Shown: positions 51,195 to 62,989, counted from the stretch's first letter. The stretch is DNA of 64,000 bases from Mustelus asterias (GCF_964213995.1 NW_027590204.1:434001-498000); one strand, 5' to 3'. Translations and numbers: made by a program. The notes: generated by a model not told the origin, from the sequence alone.

Positions 51195-52040
51195 TTACAG
51201 TGAGAGGAGATGATTGTCTGAACTCAGTCCCACAGTGAAAGCATCTGAACGGACTCGAGTGTGAGCCCGTTGATGGGTCATCAAGTTCCCAAAACTTTTA
51301 AAGCACTTTCCACAGTCTGGGCATTTAAAAGGTCTCTCGTCAGTGTGAATCCGTTGATGGCAGATCAGGTTCGAAGAGTTAGCGAATTCCTTCCCACATT
51401 TGGAGCAGGTGAACGGGTTATCCTCAGTGTGAATCCGTTGGTGTGTCAACAGTTCTGTTGATGTAATGAAAGCCTTCTCACACTCAGAGCAGGTGAATGG
51501 TCTCTCTCCAGAGTGAATTCGCTGATGAATCAGGAGGTGAAACGACCGGCTGAATTTCTTCCCACACTCGGAGCAGGTGAATGGTCTCTCCCCAGTGTGA
51601 ACTCGCTGGTGTGTCACCAGGTGGGTTGACTGAGTGAATCCCATTTTGCACTCGGAGCAGGTGAACGGTCTCTCTCCCGTATGAACTCGCTGGTGTGACA
51701 CCAGGTGGGCTGACTGAGTGAATCCCACCTTGCACACAGAGCAGGTGAATGGTCTCTCTCCAGTGTGAATTCGCTGGTGTCTCACCAGGTGGGACAACTG
51801 AGTGAATCCTTTCCCACACTCGGAGCAGGTGAACGGTCTCTCCCCAGTGTGACACCGTCGATGAATTTCCAGCTCTGATGGGGAACTGAATCCCTTGCCA
51901 CAATACTCACATTTCCACAATTTCTCTCCGTTGTGACTGCATTTATGTTTTGACAGGCCAGATAAATGGCTGAATCCTCGTCCACACACGGAACACGTGT
52001 ACAGTTTCTCCCCACTGTGAGCGGTGCTTTTTCCTTCCAT
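51195..52040 (-). CDS. C2H2 ZNF, 9 fingers, then a frameshift near 51260 (remnant fingers to ~51105)
   Basis: [16 protein letters not shown] start; tail goes out of frame after KCPDC..HQRAH. Confidence 0.7.
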   Translation of the reverse strand: MEGKSTAHSGEKLYTCSVCGRGFSHLSGLSKHKCSHNGEKLWKCEYCGKGFSSPSELEIHRRCHTGERPFTCSECGKGFTQLSHLVRHQRIHTGERPFTCSVCKVGFTQSAHLVSHQRVHTGERPFTCSECKMGFTQSTHLVTHQRVHTGERPFTCSECGKKFSRSFHLLIHQRIHSGERPFTCSECEKAFITSTELLTHQRIHTEDNPFTCSKCGKEFANSSNLICHQRIHTDERPFKCPDCGKCFKSFGNLMTHQRAHTRVRSDAFTVGLSSDNHLLSL

Positions 52041-52854
52041 GTTCAAAATCCAATGATACGCATATTACGATAAATTGGGCGACTCTGTCAGATCCTGATG
52101 TGATGTTTGGTTTCAGTTTTCCGACTGCAAATCCTCACCTTTGAATATGCTGTGAAATTGATTTAAAAAAGAAAAAAGGGAGTGAGAGAGAACCCACAAA
52201 AACACAAAGGCAGGTTGTGAAATGGAGCTGAATGAATCTGGTAATTTGTGGGGCCGGCACTGGGAAAAAGAGACCAAGAAAACTGATGGATTGTCATAAA
52301 AACTCAACTGGTTCACTAATGTCCTTCAGGGAAGGGAACCTTTGAGCCAGTCTGAACCTATACAAGACCAGAGCTTCAAGGTGAAGAGGCAGCGGATGGG
52401 CGGGATTAAGAGATGTGGGAGGAGAAGAGGTGAAGGAAAGGATACATCTACAACCAGACAGAAACCCCCAAACCCTCAACTTCCACCATTTAGAAAGACC
52501 AGGTTCACAGGTGAATGTGAACATCATCACCTCAAAGTCACACAGCATCGCGACTGGACTGAGATCCTGTCCTGGATTAGGAGAAGTTTCCTCCATTTAA
52601 AGAGTGAGAAACATGAAACGATTGTCTTCAGTTCACGATACAAACTCCACCCCGTGGACACTGACACCATCCCACTCTGGTGCTGAAGCAGGCTGTTTAC
52701 AACCAGGTTCAAATATTTATTTTCTAAATCTGACTTTGCAGGGTCGACAAGGCCGTTTCCCGTGTCAAGGCCTATGCCTGGTCTGTGGGAGGAGAAGTAC
52801 TAGTTGGGTACAACTGAGTGGCTTGCTGTGCCACATCAGAGGGAATTTAAGATT

Positions 52855-53200
52855 CAACCAGGGAGCTGACAATGATTCTGAAGGGTTTGCGGATCCACAA
52901 AGTGTTTCCAAATCCTCCCAGCCACCGCCTAACGCTGACTCCGCTTCTCCGGGACAAACAAGCGCCAAGGACAGCAATGACACTGCGCATGCTCCACATC
53001 ACAATGCCCGGGCACTGATTGACGGCAGCTCCGGACCAATAGGAAGAGGAGCGGCTGGTCCTCCAACCAATCTGAGTGAATGAGGGGCGGGACCTGAAGC
53101 ATGCGCAGTGCGGGGAATGGCGACGGACGGTTTCCTTTATCCAATTCCCGATGGGGAACTTTAGAAAATTGAACAACATCAACATCTGTGAGTAAAACAC
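52855..53200. promoter_or_regulatory. Bidirectional promoter cassette between divergent ZNF genes (52.0k minus, 55.2k plus)
   Basis: 52857-53092 is the reverse complement of ~12350-12612; plus-strand donor CATCT|GTGAGT at 53187. Confidence 0.7.
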
Positions 53201-53819
53201 TTCCTTTTCTCCCCCTTTCCATTTCTTTTCTCATTCTGGGGGAAATTGGGGACCTGCAGCAACTGAAGATAAAGGAAGTGAATCCAGGGAGGTTGCAGAC
53301 TCTGGAAAGATTGGCCCAGGTCTCTCTCTCTCTTAAACCAGAAAATGATCCATTTCTGCCCACTGTTTGCTGTTAGCCAATCTTCTATCCACGCCAATAT
53401 GTTATCCCCACAGCATGAATTTTTATTTGCTGCAATAACCTTTCATGTGGCACCTCATCAAATGTCTTCTGGAAATCTAAGTACAGCGCATCCACCGGTT
53501 TCCCTTTATCCAATTCCCGATGGGGAATTTTAGAAAATTGAACTACACATCAACTATCTCACTCTGTTAAGACCCGAGAATGAAGCCCAGCAGGACCCGA
53601 GGACTCATCAGCCCACAGCTCCAACAGTTTGCTGAGGACTACTTCCCTGGGAATTGTGCTTTTTCAGAGTTCATCCCACACTTCTGTTTTCTGATTTCCA
53701 GCTGTTTCTGAGTTTTAACTGTGTCCTCTATTGTGAACACCGAGGCAAAATACTTGTTCAATTCATCTCCCAGCTCCTTATTTTTCATCATCAATTCCTG
53801 GACTCACTTTCTATTAGAC

Positions 53820-54540
53820 AGTTAAGAAATGAGGTCGAGCAAGTGACTGAAATGTCAGTCAGGGAGCACTATTGGGAGCACCAATAGTTTCAAAATAGTT
53901 CTGGAAAAAGATGGGACAGGTCCACAGGTCAAGGCCCTAAACAGGAGCAGGGCCACTTTTGTGGGCATTAGGCAGGATCGAGCAGATGTCGATTCGGTGA
54001 GTTTGTTTGAAGGGAAAGGAATGACTGGCAAATGGGAGGTTTTAAAAGTGTGATATCAAGAGTCCAGGGGCAGTATATTCCTGTTAAGATGAAGGCAAAG
54101 AATGGTAAATTTAGGGATCTCTGGCAGACAAGGGACATTGAGGCTCTGGTCAGGTAAAAGAAGGAAGCAGACATTGGGTTTAGGCAATTGGGGACAAGTG
54201 AATCACTCTGACTATAAAAAGTGTAAGAAAATACTGAAGAGGGAAATCAGGAGGACAAAAAGAGGGTATGATATGGACCTGGCAGGTAAGATTACAGAAA
54301 ATTCCAAGAGGTTCCATAGCTATATTAAGAGTAAAAGGGTGGCTAGAGAGAGAATAGATCACCTTAAAAATCAGTATGGCCATCTGTGTGTGGAGCCACA
54401 GGAGATGGGTGAGATTTTTAATGAATACTTCTCCTCTGTGTTTACTGCGGAGAGCACCATGGGTGCTAAAGAAATAAGGGAAACAAGTGGTGATGTCTTG
54501 GGCACACGCATGTTACTTGGGAGGAGGTATCTGCAGCCTT
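53820..54540 (+). mobile_element. CR1 ORF2 fragment
   Basis: KREIRRTKRGY..ENSKRFHSYIKSKR..NEYFSSVFT. Confidence 0.85.
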
Positions 54541-54542
54541 AT

Positions 54543-54728
54543 AAAAGCAAATTACTGCGGATGCTGGAATCTGAAACCAAGAGAGAAAATGCTGGAAAAT
54601 CTCAGCAGGTCTGGCAGCATCTGTAAGGAGAGAAAAGAGCTGATGTTTCTTGTCTAGATGACCCTTTGTCAAAGCTCTGAAACATCAGTTCTTTTCTCTC
54701 CATACAGATGCTGCCAGACCTGCTGAGA
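54543..54728. mobile_element. Family-B short element with ~49-bp inverted arms around a degenerate hammerhead-like motif
   Basis: 54601-54649 pairs with ~54679-54727; GATGACCCTTTGTCAAAGCT between them. Confidence 0.7.
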
Positions 54729-55214
54729 ATGGGGAGAGAGTGTGTGGGATGGAGATTTCCAGCTTTTGGGGAATGAGAGAGGAAAGAATGTTCCATAGAA
54801 ATTGTCTGTTCTGAATTTCTATCCTGTATTGACACTGATGACTTTTGGAAACTCATTTTACAGGATATTGAAAGAGGAATCACAGGCCGAAATCTCAAAC
54901 GTCACGTCTAGATCTGACAGAGTCATATTCCTTGGGACCTCAATATCATCGGATTTTGAATCCAGAAGGAGAAATGATTGTCCAGTCTGTCGATTTGAAA
55001 AGATTTGAAATGTCAGTGTGAGTGAAAAAGCATCAACACACTGCCACACTCGAGTGAGAGTGTTCCAGTGCACTGACTAAAGAGCTTTAACCAATTACAC
55101 AGTCTGAATAAATATCACACCATTCACAGCGGGGAGAGACTGTAATCTTGTTCTGTGTGTGGACGAAGTTTCAACGAATTGTCCACTCAAGAGAGACGTA
55201 AGGACACCTGCACC

Positions 55215-56168
55215 ATGGAGAAACCATGGAAATGTGTGGACTGTGGGAAGGGATACAGAGCCCCATCTAAGCTGGAAGCTCATCGGCGCAGCCACACTGG
55301 GGAGAGGCCATTCATCTGCTCTCAGTGTGAGAAGGGATTTAATCATTTACCCAGTTTACAGATACACCAGCGAGTTCACATTGGGGAGAGGCCATTCACC
55401 TGCTCTCAATGTGGGAAGGGATTCAGTCAGTTATCTGACCTGCAGAGACACCAGCGAGTTCACACTGGGGAGAGGCCATTCACCTGCTCTCAGTGTGGGA
55501 AGGGATTCACTCGGTCATCGCACCTGCAGAGACACCAACGCATTCACACTGGAGAGAGGCCATTCAACTGTTGTCAGTGTGGGAAGGGATTCACTCAGTC
55601 ATCCACCCTGCGGACACACGAACGACTTCACACTGGGGAGAGACCGTTCACCTGCTCTCAGTGTGGGCAAGAATTCACTCAGTCAGCCGACCTGCAGAGA
55701 CACCAGCTACGTCACACAGGGGAGAGGCCGTTCACCTGCTCTCAGTGTGGGAAGGGATTCACTCTGTTAACCCACCTGCAGAGACATCAGCGAGTTCACA
55801 CTGGGGAGAAACCATTCATCTGCTCTCAGTGTGGAAAGGGATTCGCTCAGTCATCTGACTTGCAGACTCACCAGCGAGTCCACACTGGGGAGAGGCCGTT
55901 CACCTGCTCTCAGTGTGGGAAGGGTTTCAGAGTTTCATCCCGGCTGCTGAGACACCAGCAAGTGCACGAGGGGTTGGATTCTGCTGTTATTGTTTCTGCT
56001 GTCAATTACATCCAGGACTGCATTTTGTTCATTCTCACAGTTGGTCAATGGGGAGGGTCAGAGGGTTTCTTTGTGCTGGACTGGCCGGTCTCAGCCTCCA
56101 GTGGGCTGATGCTCTTTGAGTCTTTTTGCGAATACCTGGTTTCAAATGTCACAAGGATCACAGAGTGA
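55215..56168 (+). CDS. C2H2 ZNF protein, 9 fingers, with read-through C-terminal extension
   Basis: Acceptor at 54863; ACCATGG start (MEKPWKC); family stop codon after HE is missing at ~55970. Confidence 0.82.
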   Translation: MEKPWKCVDCGKGYRAPSKLEAHRRSHTGERPFICSQCEKGFNHLPSLQIHQRVHIGERPFTCSQCGKGFSQLSDLQRHQRVHTGERPFTCSQCGKGFTRSSHLQRHQRIHTGERPFNCCQCGKGFTQSSTLRTHERLHTGERPFTCSQCGQEFTQSADLQRHQLRHTGERPFTCSQCGKGFTLLTHLQRHQRVHTGEKPFICSQCGKGFAQSSDLQTHQRVHTGERPFTCSQCGKGFRVSSRLLRHQQVHEGLDSAVIVSAVNYIQDCILFILTVGQWGGSEGFFVLDWPVSASSGLMLFESFCEYLVSNVTRITE

Positions 56169-56214
56169 CAGGGTGTTAGGAAGTTTAGAGATATTTAGTC
56201 AGAAGAAAACAGAG

Positions 56215-57870
56215 GTTGGCAGTGCAAAGGTACATTTCTGAATGGAGGGCTGTGACAAGTGACATTCCTCAGCGATCAGTGCTGGGACTTTTGCTGTTTG
56301 TGATATATATAAATGATTTGGAGGAAAATGTAACTGGTTTGATTGGTAAGTTTGTGGACGACACAAAGGTTGGTGGAATTGCGGATAATGATGGGGACCG
56401 GCAGAGGATACAGCAGGATATAGATCAGTTGGAGACTTGGGCGGAGAGATGGCCGATGAAGTTTAATCCGGACAAATGTGAGGTAATGCATTTTGGAAGG
56501 TCTAATACAGATGGGAAATATACAGTAAATGGCAGAACCCTTAAGAGTATTCATAGGCAGAGGGATCTAGGTGTACAGGTACACAGGTCATTGAAAGTGG
56601 CAATGCAGGTGGAGAAGATAGTCAAGAAGGCATATGGCATGCTTGCCTTCATCGGCCGGGGCATTGAGTTTAAAAATTGGTAAGTCATGTTGCAGCTTTA
56701 TAGAACCTTAGTTGGACCGCACTTGGAATCTAGTGTTCAATTCTGGTCACCACACTACCAGAAGGATGTGGAGGCTTTGGAGAGGGTACGGAAAATATTT
56801 ATCAGGATGTTGCCTGGTGTGGAGGGCATTAGCTATGAGGAGAGGTTGGAGAAACTTGGTTTGTTCTCACTGGAACAACAGAGGTTGAGGGGGGGGGGGG
56901 CGACCTGAAAGAAGTCCACAAGATTATGAGGGGCATGGACAGAGTGGATAATCAGAAGCTTTTTCCCGGGGTGGAAGAGTCAATTACTAGGGGCATTGGT
57001 TTAAGGTGCGCGGGGCAAGGTTTAAAGGAGATGTACAAGGCAGGTTTTTTACACAGAGGGTGGTGAGTGCCTGGAACCCGTTGCCGGGGAAGATAGTGTA
57101 AACAGATACGATAGTGACTTTTAAGATGTATCTTGACAAATATATGAATAGCATAGGAATAGTAGAACAGTACAGCACAGAACAGGCCCTTCGGCCCACA
57201 ATGTTGTGCCGAGCTTTATCTGAAACCAAGATCAAGCTATCCCACTCCCTATCATCCTGGTGTGCTCCATGTGCCTATCCAATAACCGCTTAAATGTTCC
57301 TAAAGTGTCTGACTCCACTATCACTGCAGGCAGTCCATTCCACAGCCCAACCACTCTCTGCGTAAAGAACCTACCTCTGATATCCTTCCTATATCTCGCA
57401 CCATGAACCCTATAGTTATGCCCCCTTGTAATAGCTCCATCCACCCGAGGAAATAGTCTTTGAACGTTCACTCTATCTATCCCCTTCATCATTTTATAAA
57501 CCTCTATTAAGTCTCCCCTCAGCCTCCTCCGCTCCAGAGAGAACAGCCCTAGCTCGCTCAACCTTTCCTCATAAGACCTACCCTCCAAACCAGGCAGCAT
57601 CCTGGTAAATCTCCCCTGCACTCTTTCCAGCGCTTCCACATCCTTCTTATAGTGAGTTGACCAGAACTGCACACAATATTCCAAATGTGGTCTCACCAAG
57701 GTCCTGTACAGTTGCAGCATAACCCCACGGCTCTTAAACTCCAACCCCCTGTTAATAGAGGGATATGGTCCCCGGAAGGGTAGGGGGTTTTAGTTCAGAC
57801 GGGCAGCATGGTTGCTCCAGGCTTGGAGGGCCAAAGGGCTTGTTTCTGTGCTGTAATTTTCTTTGTTCTT
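56215..57870 (+). mobile_element. CR1 RT and 3' end with a nested antisense CR1 3' end (~57163-57753)
   Basis: Both carry QFWS and FFTQRVV motifs; AATAG on both sides of the nested copy. Confidence 0.9.
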
Positions 57871-58149
57871 CGTTCTGTTTGGAACATCCCAAATGCCCAT
57901 CCAATTTCCTTTTTAATTGTTTATTGTCTCCACTTCCTCCACCCTCATAGGCAGCGAGTTCCAGGTCATTAACATTCGCTGCATCAGAATATTCTTCCTC
58001 ACATCTCCCCCCCCATACCCCTCCATCACCCCCTTGCATCCCTGACCCAAAACAAGAAATCTGTGTCCCCCCTCGTCCTTGTCCCATCAGCTAATGGGAA
58101 CAGCTTTTCTTTGTCCACCTTATCTAAACCATTGTAAACATGTTGTTCA

Positions 58150-58290
58150 AACCCAAACCCCGGAAATGAACTTCCCGGTTCCCCCCTTTGTACCCAATGG
58201 AGCGGCAGCTTGTAGTGTTAGACCCGGGCTGACTGCCGCCATTGAGGCTGCATGTGGGAGGCCGGCAGGGATTGTGATCGGAGAGTGAAG
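58150..58290 (+). promoter_or_regulatory. Candidate promoter/exon 1 for the ZNF at 60.2-61.1k
   Basis: ETS-like CCGGAAAT..ACTTCC pair, YY1-like GCCGCCATT, local CpG enrichment. Confidence 0.45.
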
Positions 58291-58293
58291 CCC

Positions 58294-58404
58294 TGACGTC
58301 ACAATGGAATGGGTGAGCGTGTGACGTCACAATGGAATGGGTGAGAGTGTGATGTCACAATGGAATGGGTGAGGGTGTGACGTCACAATGGAATGGGTGA
58401 GGGT
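58294..58404. repeat. 28-bp tandem repeat x4, each unit with a CRE palindrome
   Basis: TGACGTCA at 58294, 58322, 58378; TGATGTCA at 58350. Confidence 0.92.
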
Positions 58405-58457
58405 TCCTGATGAGCTGAGACAGGGCTGGAGTCGGGCGATGGCACTGACATGTGACC

Positions 58458-58750
58458 CGGTGGCACAGTGGTTAGTGCAGCTGCCTAACAGCGCCAGGGA
58501 CCCGGGTTCGATTCCAGCCTCGGGTCGCTGTCTGTGCAGAGTTTCTACATTCTCCCCGTGTCTGTGTGGGTTTCCTCTGGGTGTTCCGGTTTCCTCCCAC
58601 AGTCCAAAGATGTGCCGGTTAGACGGATTGGCCATGATAAATTGCCACTTGGTATCAGGGGGAATTAACAGGTAAATATGTGGATAGGGCTTGGATAGGG
58701 ATTGTTGTCGGTGCAGGCTCGATGGGCTGAATGGCCTCCTTCTACACTGT
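58458..58750 (+). mobile_element. HE1-like V-SINE
   Basis: Head, core and tail present. Confidence 0.9.
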
Positions 58751-59182
58751 ATTTTATTATTCATTACTTTAAATTAATTACTATTAATGCTTCTATGAAT
58801 GAAGGTGGTCTTGATGATGATGTGGACATGTGGCTGGAAGCTCATCTTGAGATGAACTATTTCACCCTGGTTGTGAACAGCCTGGTTCAGCCTCAGACAG
58901 TTGCCAGGAGGAGAGATAAAGTTGTTGGTGAGGGAGTGGAGTTTGTAGCGGGGACTGAACACAATGGGTTCAGTCTTCCCAGTATTTAAATGAAATAAAT
59001 TTCTGTTGTTTCAGTACTGGATGTCAGACAAGTCAGGATGGTGTGTGGGTTGGAGAGGAACTTGGAGCTGATGGTGTTCACAGGGTTTGGAAATTCTGTC
59101 AAAGTTCCTGTTGAGTTGTTGGTGAATAAAATCTCTCTCCTCACCTCCGGCCTCTCCTACTTCTCTCTGTTTCCACTCAGAG

Positions 59183-59238
59183 TGTGGAGATGCCGGCGTT
59201 GGACTGGGTAAGCACAGTAAGAAGTCTCACAACACCAG
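59183..59238 (-). mobile_element. Penelope-like terminal fragment
   Basis: TGTGGAGATGCCGGCGTTGGACTGGG..GTAAGAAGTCTCACAACACCAG. Confidence 0.75.
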
Positions 59239-59244
59239 ATGAGA

Positions 59245-59460
59245 ATCCATTGATATGGATGGAGATTTACAACTTTTTGGGAATGAAATAGGAAAGAATG
59301 TTCCATAGAAACTAGAATTGTCTGCTCTGAATTTCTATCCTATATTAACTGTGATGACTTTTGCAAACTCATTTCACAAGATTTTGAACGAGGAATCACA
59401 GGCAAAAATCTCAACCGTCACATCGAGACAGAGTCATATTCCTTGGGATCTGAATATCTT
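59245..59460 (+). pseudogene. Orphan ZNF intron-end and exon-start remnant
   Basis: Aligns to 54750-54945 and 60030-60235. Confidence 0.75.
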
Positions 59461-60153
59461 GTAATATGGAACTGTAGCTACGTTATATCTTTCCAGACAT
59501 CTCTTCCCTCAGAGGACTGTTAGTCTTTTGGATTTCTCTTCCACAGGGACCAGTGGAGGCTGAGGATCATTGAATATATTCCAGTTAGACAGATTTTTGA
59601 CTGACAAGAGTGTCAAAGGTTATGGGGAACAGACAAGAAGATGGAGCAAAAGCTAAGATGTGGGGGGATTTCTTCACTCAAGGATGTGGTAAAGATTTGG
59701 AATTCTCAACCCCTGAGGACAGTGAAGCCTCAGTCATCAACTATTTTCAAGAGTTTGATTGATTGGTTTCTCGATATTGAGGAGATCAAGGGATATGGGT
59801 TTAGTGTGGGGAGAATGATGCTGAGGTAGATGAACGAATTATCTCATTGAATAGTTTAAAAGGCTCGATGGGCCAAATGGCCGACTGCAGCTCCTATTTG
59901 TTATGGTCTCTGTGTCCAGGACAGGAAGCAGTGAGCATGGATCTGTCAATCAGCCTCAATCAACACCTTCAGGAGAATTGGGAGGGTGAATATTAGATAC
60001 AGCAGAGTGAGAATGGAGGGAGAGTGTGTGGGATGGAGATTTACAGCTTTTGAGGAATGGGAGAGGAAAGAATGTTCCATAGAAACTAGAATTGTCTGTT
60101 CTGAATTTCTATCCTGTACTGACACTGATGACTTTTGTAAACTTGTTTTACAG

Positions 60154-61093
60154 GATATTGAAAGAGGAATCACAGGCCGAAATCTCAAACATCACGTCAG
60201 ATCTGACAGAGTCATATTCCTTGGGAGCTGAATATCATCGGACTTTGAATCTAGAAGGAGAAATGATTGTCCAGTCTGTTGATTTGAAAAGATTTCAAAC
60301 ATCAGTGTGACTGGAAAAGCACCAACACACTGCCACACTCGAGTGAGAGTGTTCTAGTGCTCGGACTAAAGAGCTTTAACCAGTTACACAGCCTGAATAA
60401 ATACCACACCATTCACAGCGGGTAGAGACGGTACCCGTGTTCTGTGTGTGGACGAGGCTTCAACTGATTGTCCACCCAAGAGAGAGGCAAGGACACCTGC
60501 ACCATGGAGAAACCATGGAAATGTGGGGACTGTGGGAAGAGATACAGAGCCCCATCACAGCTGGAAGCACATCGGCGCAACCACACTGGGGAGAGGCCAT
60601 TCACCTGCTCTCAGTGTGGGAAGGGATTCACTCGGTCATCCAGCCTGCAGACACACCAGCGAGTTCACACTGGGGAGAGGCCATTCACCTGCTCTCGTGT
60701 GGGAAGGGATTCACTCGGTCATCCAGCCTGCGGGCACACGAGCGCATTCATACTGGGGAGAGACCGTTCACCTGCTCTCAGTGTGGGAAGGGATTCGGTG
60801 ATTCATCCAGCCTGCTGAGACACCAGCCAGTTCACACTGGGGAGAGGCCATTCACCTGCTCTCAGTGTGGAAAGGGATTCTGTGATCCATCCAGCCTGCT
60901 GAGACACCAACGAGTTCACACTGGGGAGAGGCCGTTCACCTGCTCTCAGTGTGGGAAGGGATTCGCTCAGTCATCCAACTTGCAGGCACACCAGCGAATT
61001 CACACTGGGGACAGGCCATTCACCTGCTCCGTGTGTGGGAAGGGATTCACTCAGTCACCTCACCTGCTGAAACACCATCAGGTTCACGAGTGA
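60154..61093 (+). pseudogene. C2H2 ZNF with a 1-bp deletion at ~60697 (7 fingers if corrected; ATG at 60504)
   Basis: TGCTCTC-GTGTGGG versus TGCTCTCAGTGTGGG in neighbouring fingers; otherwise open. A sequencing error cannot be excluded. Confidence 0.75.
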
Positions 61094-61239
61094 CTGCAAG
61101 GACTGGATTTTGCTGTTAATCACATCGAGGTCCCAACCATTTTCATTGGTGTCTGTTTCTGCTGATGTTAATAAACCCGAGCCCAGTTGTAAGATTTGTA
61201 TTGTGGATTGTCTTGTCTGAGTCCTGAACTCGTAAATAA

Positions 61240-61410
61240 AAACAAGAAGTGCTGTAAAAACTCAGCAGGTCTGACAGCATCTCTGGAGAGAGAAACAGAT
61301 CTAATGTTTTGACACTGAAGAAGAGTCACATTCAACTGGAAACATTAATTGTTCCTGACTTTACAGATTCTGTCAGACTTACTGAGATTTTGCAGCAACT
61401 TCTGTTTTTA
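61240..61410. mobile_element. Degenerate inverted-repeat short element with hammerhead-like centre
   Basis: Arms CTCAGCAGGTCTGACAGCATCT / AGATTCTGTCAGACTTACTGAG; centre CTGAAGA-A-GAGTC..GAAACAT at 61315-61346. Confidence 0.55.
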
Positions 61411-61773
61411 GAATGACGGTGAATGCTGGATACATGAATCAGAGATTGGTGTAAAACTGGGATCTGCTCCTAAATCAAAGTGAAACAGCAGGTTAAAGTT
61501 TCCAGTCTGAAAAGTACTATGGTTATTATACTATATCTACCATTTTAAGGCTGGTTTTAACTTATTTAAAATAAACCTATTTAATATATATTTGTTAAAG
61601 TCAGTATTAAAATACGAGTTGGATGAGTTCACAGGAGCCTGTTAACCGCTGGGACAATTATTCAACAAACATTGGATCTCCAGATAGAGAAGAAGCTGCA
61701 GTTTGTTTGCAGGAATTCCCTGTTTTATTGATGTGTGTGTGTTAGACATCAGGATAACTAAAAATACACAAAC

Positions 61774-62092
61774 CTGGACATCAATGGTGAGCTGATTGAC
61801 AGTTACTCTGGGAATCACTCCCACTGTGAAACTTCAGCACTGACACTGCTGAATGTTGTCGGCTCAGGGAGTGGGACCTCCAGGAGTGGACTGTAAAAAA
61901 GCTGGGTTTCAGTATCCTGACTAATATACGGTGAGGAACCAGAAAAACCCTTACTGAGGAACTGTCTGGGGTTTTACCAGTGTAGGTTCAGGGGCGAATG
62001 ATTCCTGACTCCCTGAAATGTCTGATATTGAACCCAGTTTGGAACAAGATTCATTCAGTTTCCAGGAGAATAGAGACAAATATCACCCACAA
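61774..62092 (-). pseudogene. Probable decayed immunoglobulin-like (C2-set-like) exon
   Basis: Polypyrimidine acceptor TTTTTCTCTCTCTCAG, 319-bp exon, donor CAG|GTTTGT; mosaic translation SPLNLHW..TVHS.LEV.TP*ADNIQQCQC*..QLTIDVQ. Confidence 0.4.
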
Positions 62093-62989
62093 CTGAGAGA
62101 GAGAAAAACAGCCACCTTGATCAATGACTTGGATGAAGCCAGAATTGATGATACAAAGATAGGTAGAAAAGCAAGCTGTGAGGTTATTACAAAAAATCTG
62201 TAAGGGACACAGATAAGTTACCTGAATGGACAGAAAAATGGCAGATGGAGTATAGTGCGGGAAAGTGGGAGCTTTTCCACTTTGGCAGGAAGAATAGAGA
62301 AGCAAACAATTTATAAATGTACAGAAACTGAAGAATACTGCCGTAGAGAGGAATCTGGGTGTCCTTGTACATGAATCGTGATAAAATAGGATGAAGGTAC
62401 AGCAAGTAAAGAAGGTGGCAAATGGAGTGTTGGACTTTACTGCAAGGGGGTGGAGTTTGAAAAAGGGAACTTGCTACACCTACACAGGACATTGCTGAGA
62501 TAGCAGCTGGAATACTGTGTGCGGTTTTGGTCTCCCTACTTATGGAATGACATGCTTTCATTGGAATGAGTTCAGAGAAAGTTCACCAGGCCCATTCCTA
62601 AGATGAAGGTGTTGGCTTTTGAGGAAAGGTTGTGAAGGTGTAGGGGAGAATTCTCCCATCCCACCCACCACAGGAATCGTAGCAGGCCGGGGGGTCCTCT
62701 GACCTCAGGGGGGGATTCTCCAGTTTTGGGGAAGTGATCCCACAGAATCCAACTCGTTGTCTTTTGGGGAAAGGTTGCACCTATACTCATTAGGTCTGGA
62801 AGAATGAGCAGTGAACATTCTGAAACCTATAAGATTCTCATTGACAGGCAAGAGGCCAAGAGGATGATTCATGAAGGAGTCTTGAACTTGGTGCCACAGA
62901 TCTGCAAGGAAGCCAAGGGTATTGTTTTAGCCCTTACAGACACCAATACTTTATCCTCAGTTTTACTCAGGTTAGTCAGAGGTTTAGTC

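Noticed and set aside
55159-55858. Overlapping alternative-frame ORFs in ZNF exons (VGRDSL and WEGIHS repeats)
   Set aside because: Expected by-product of repetitive finger codons; no independent coding evidence
61822-61860. V(D)J recombination signal (CACTGTG heptamer)
   Set aside because: No nonamer at 12 or 23 bp spacing and no V or J segment; CACAGTG is also common in the SINE heads here
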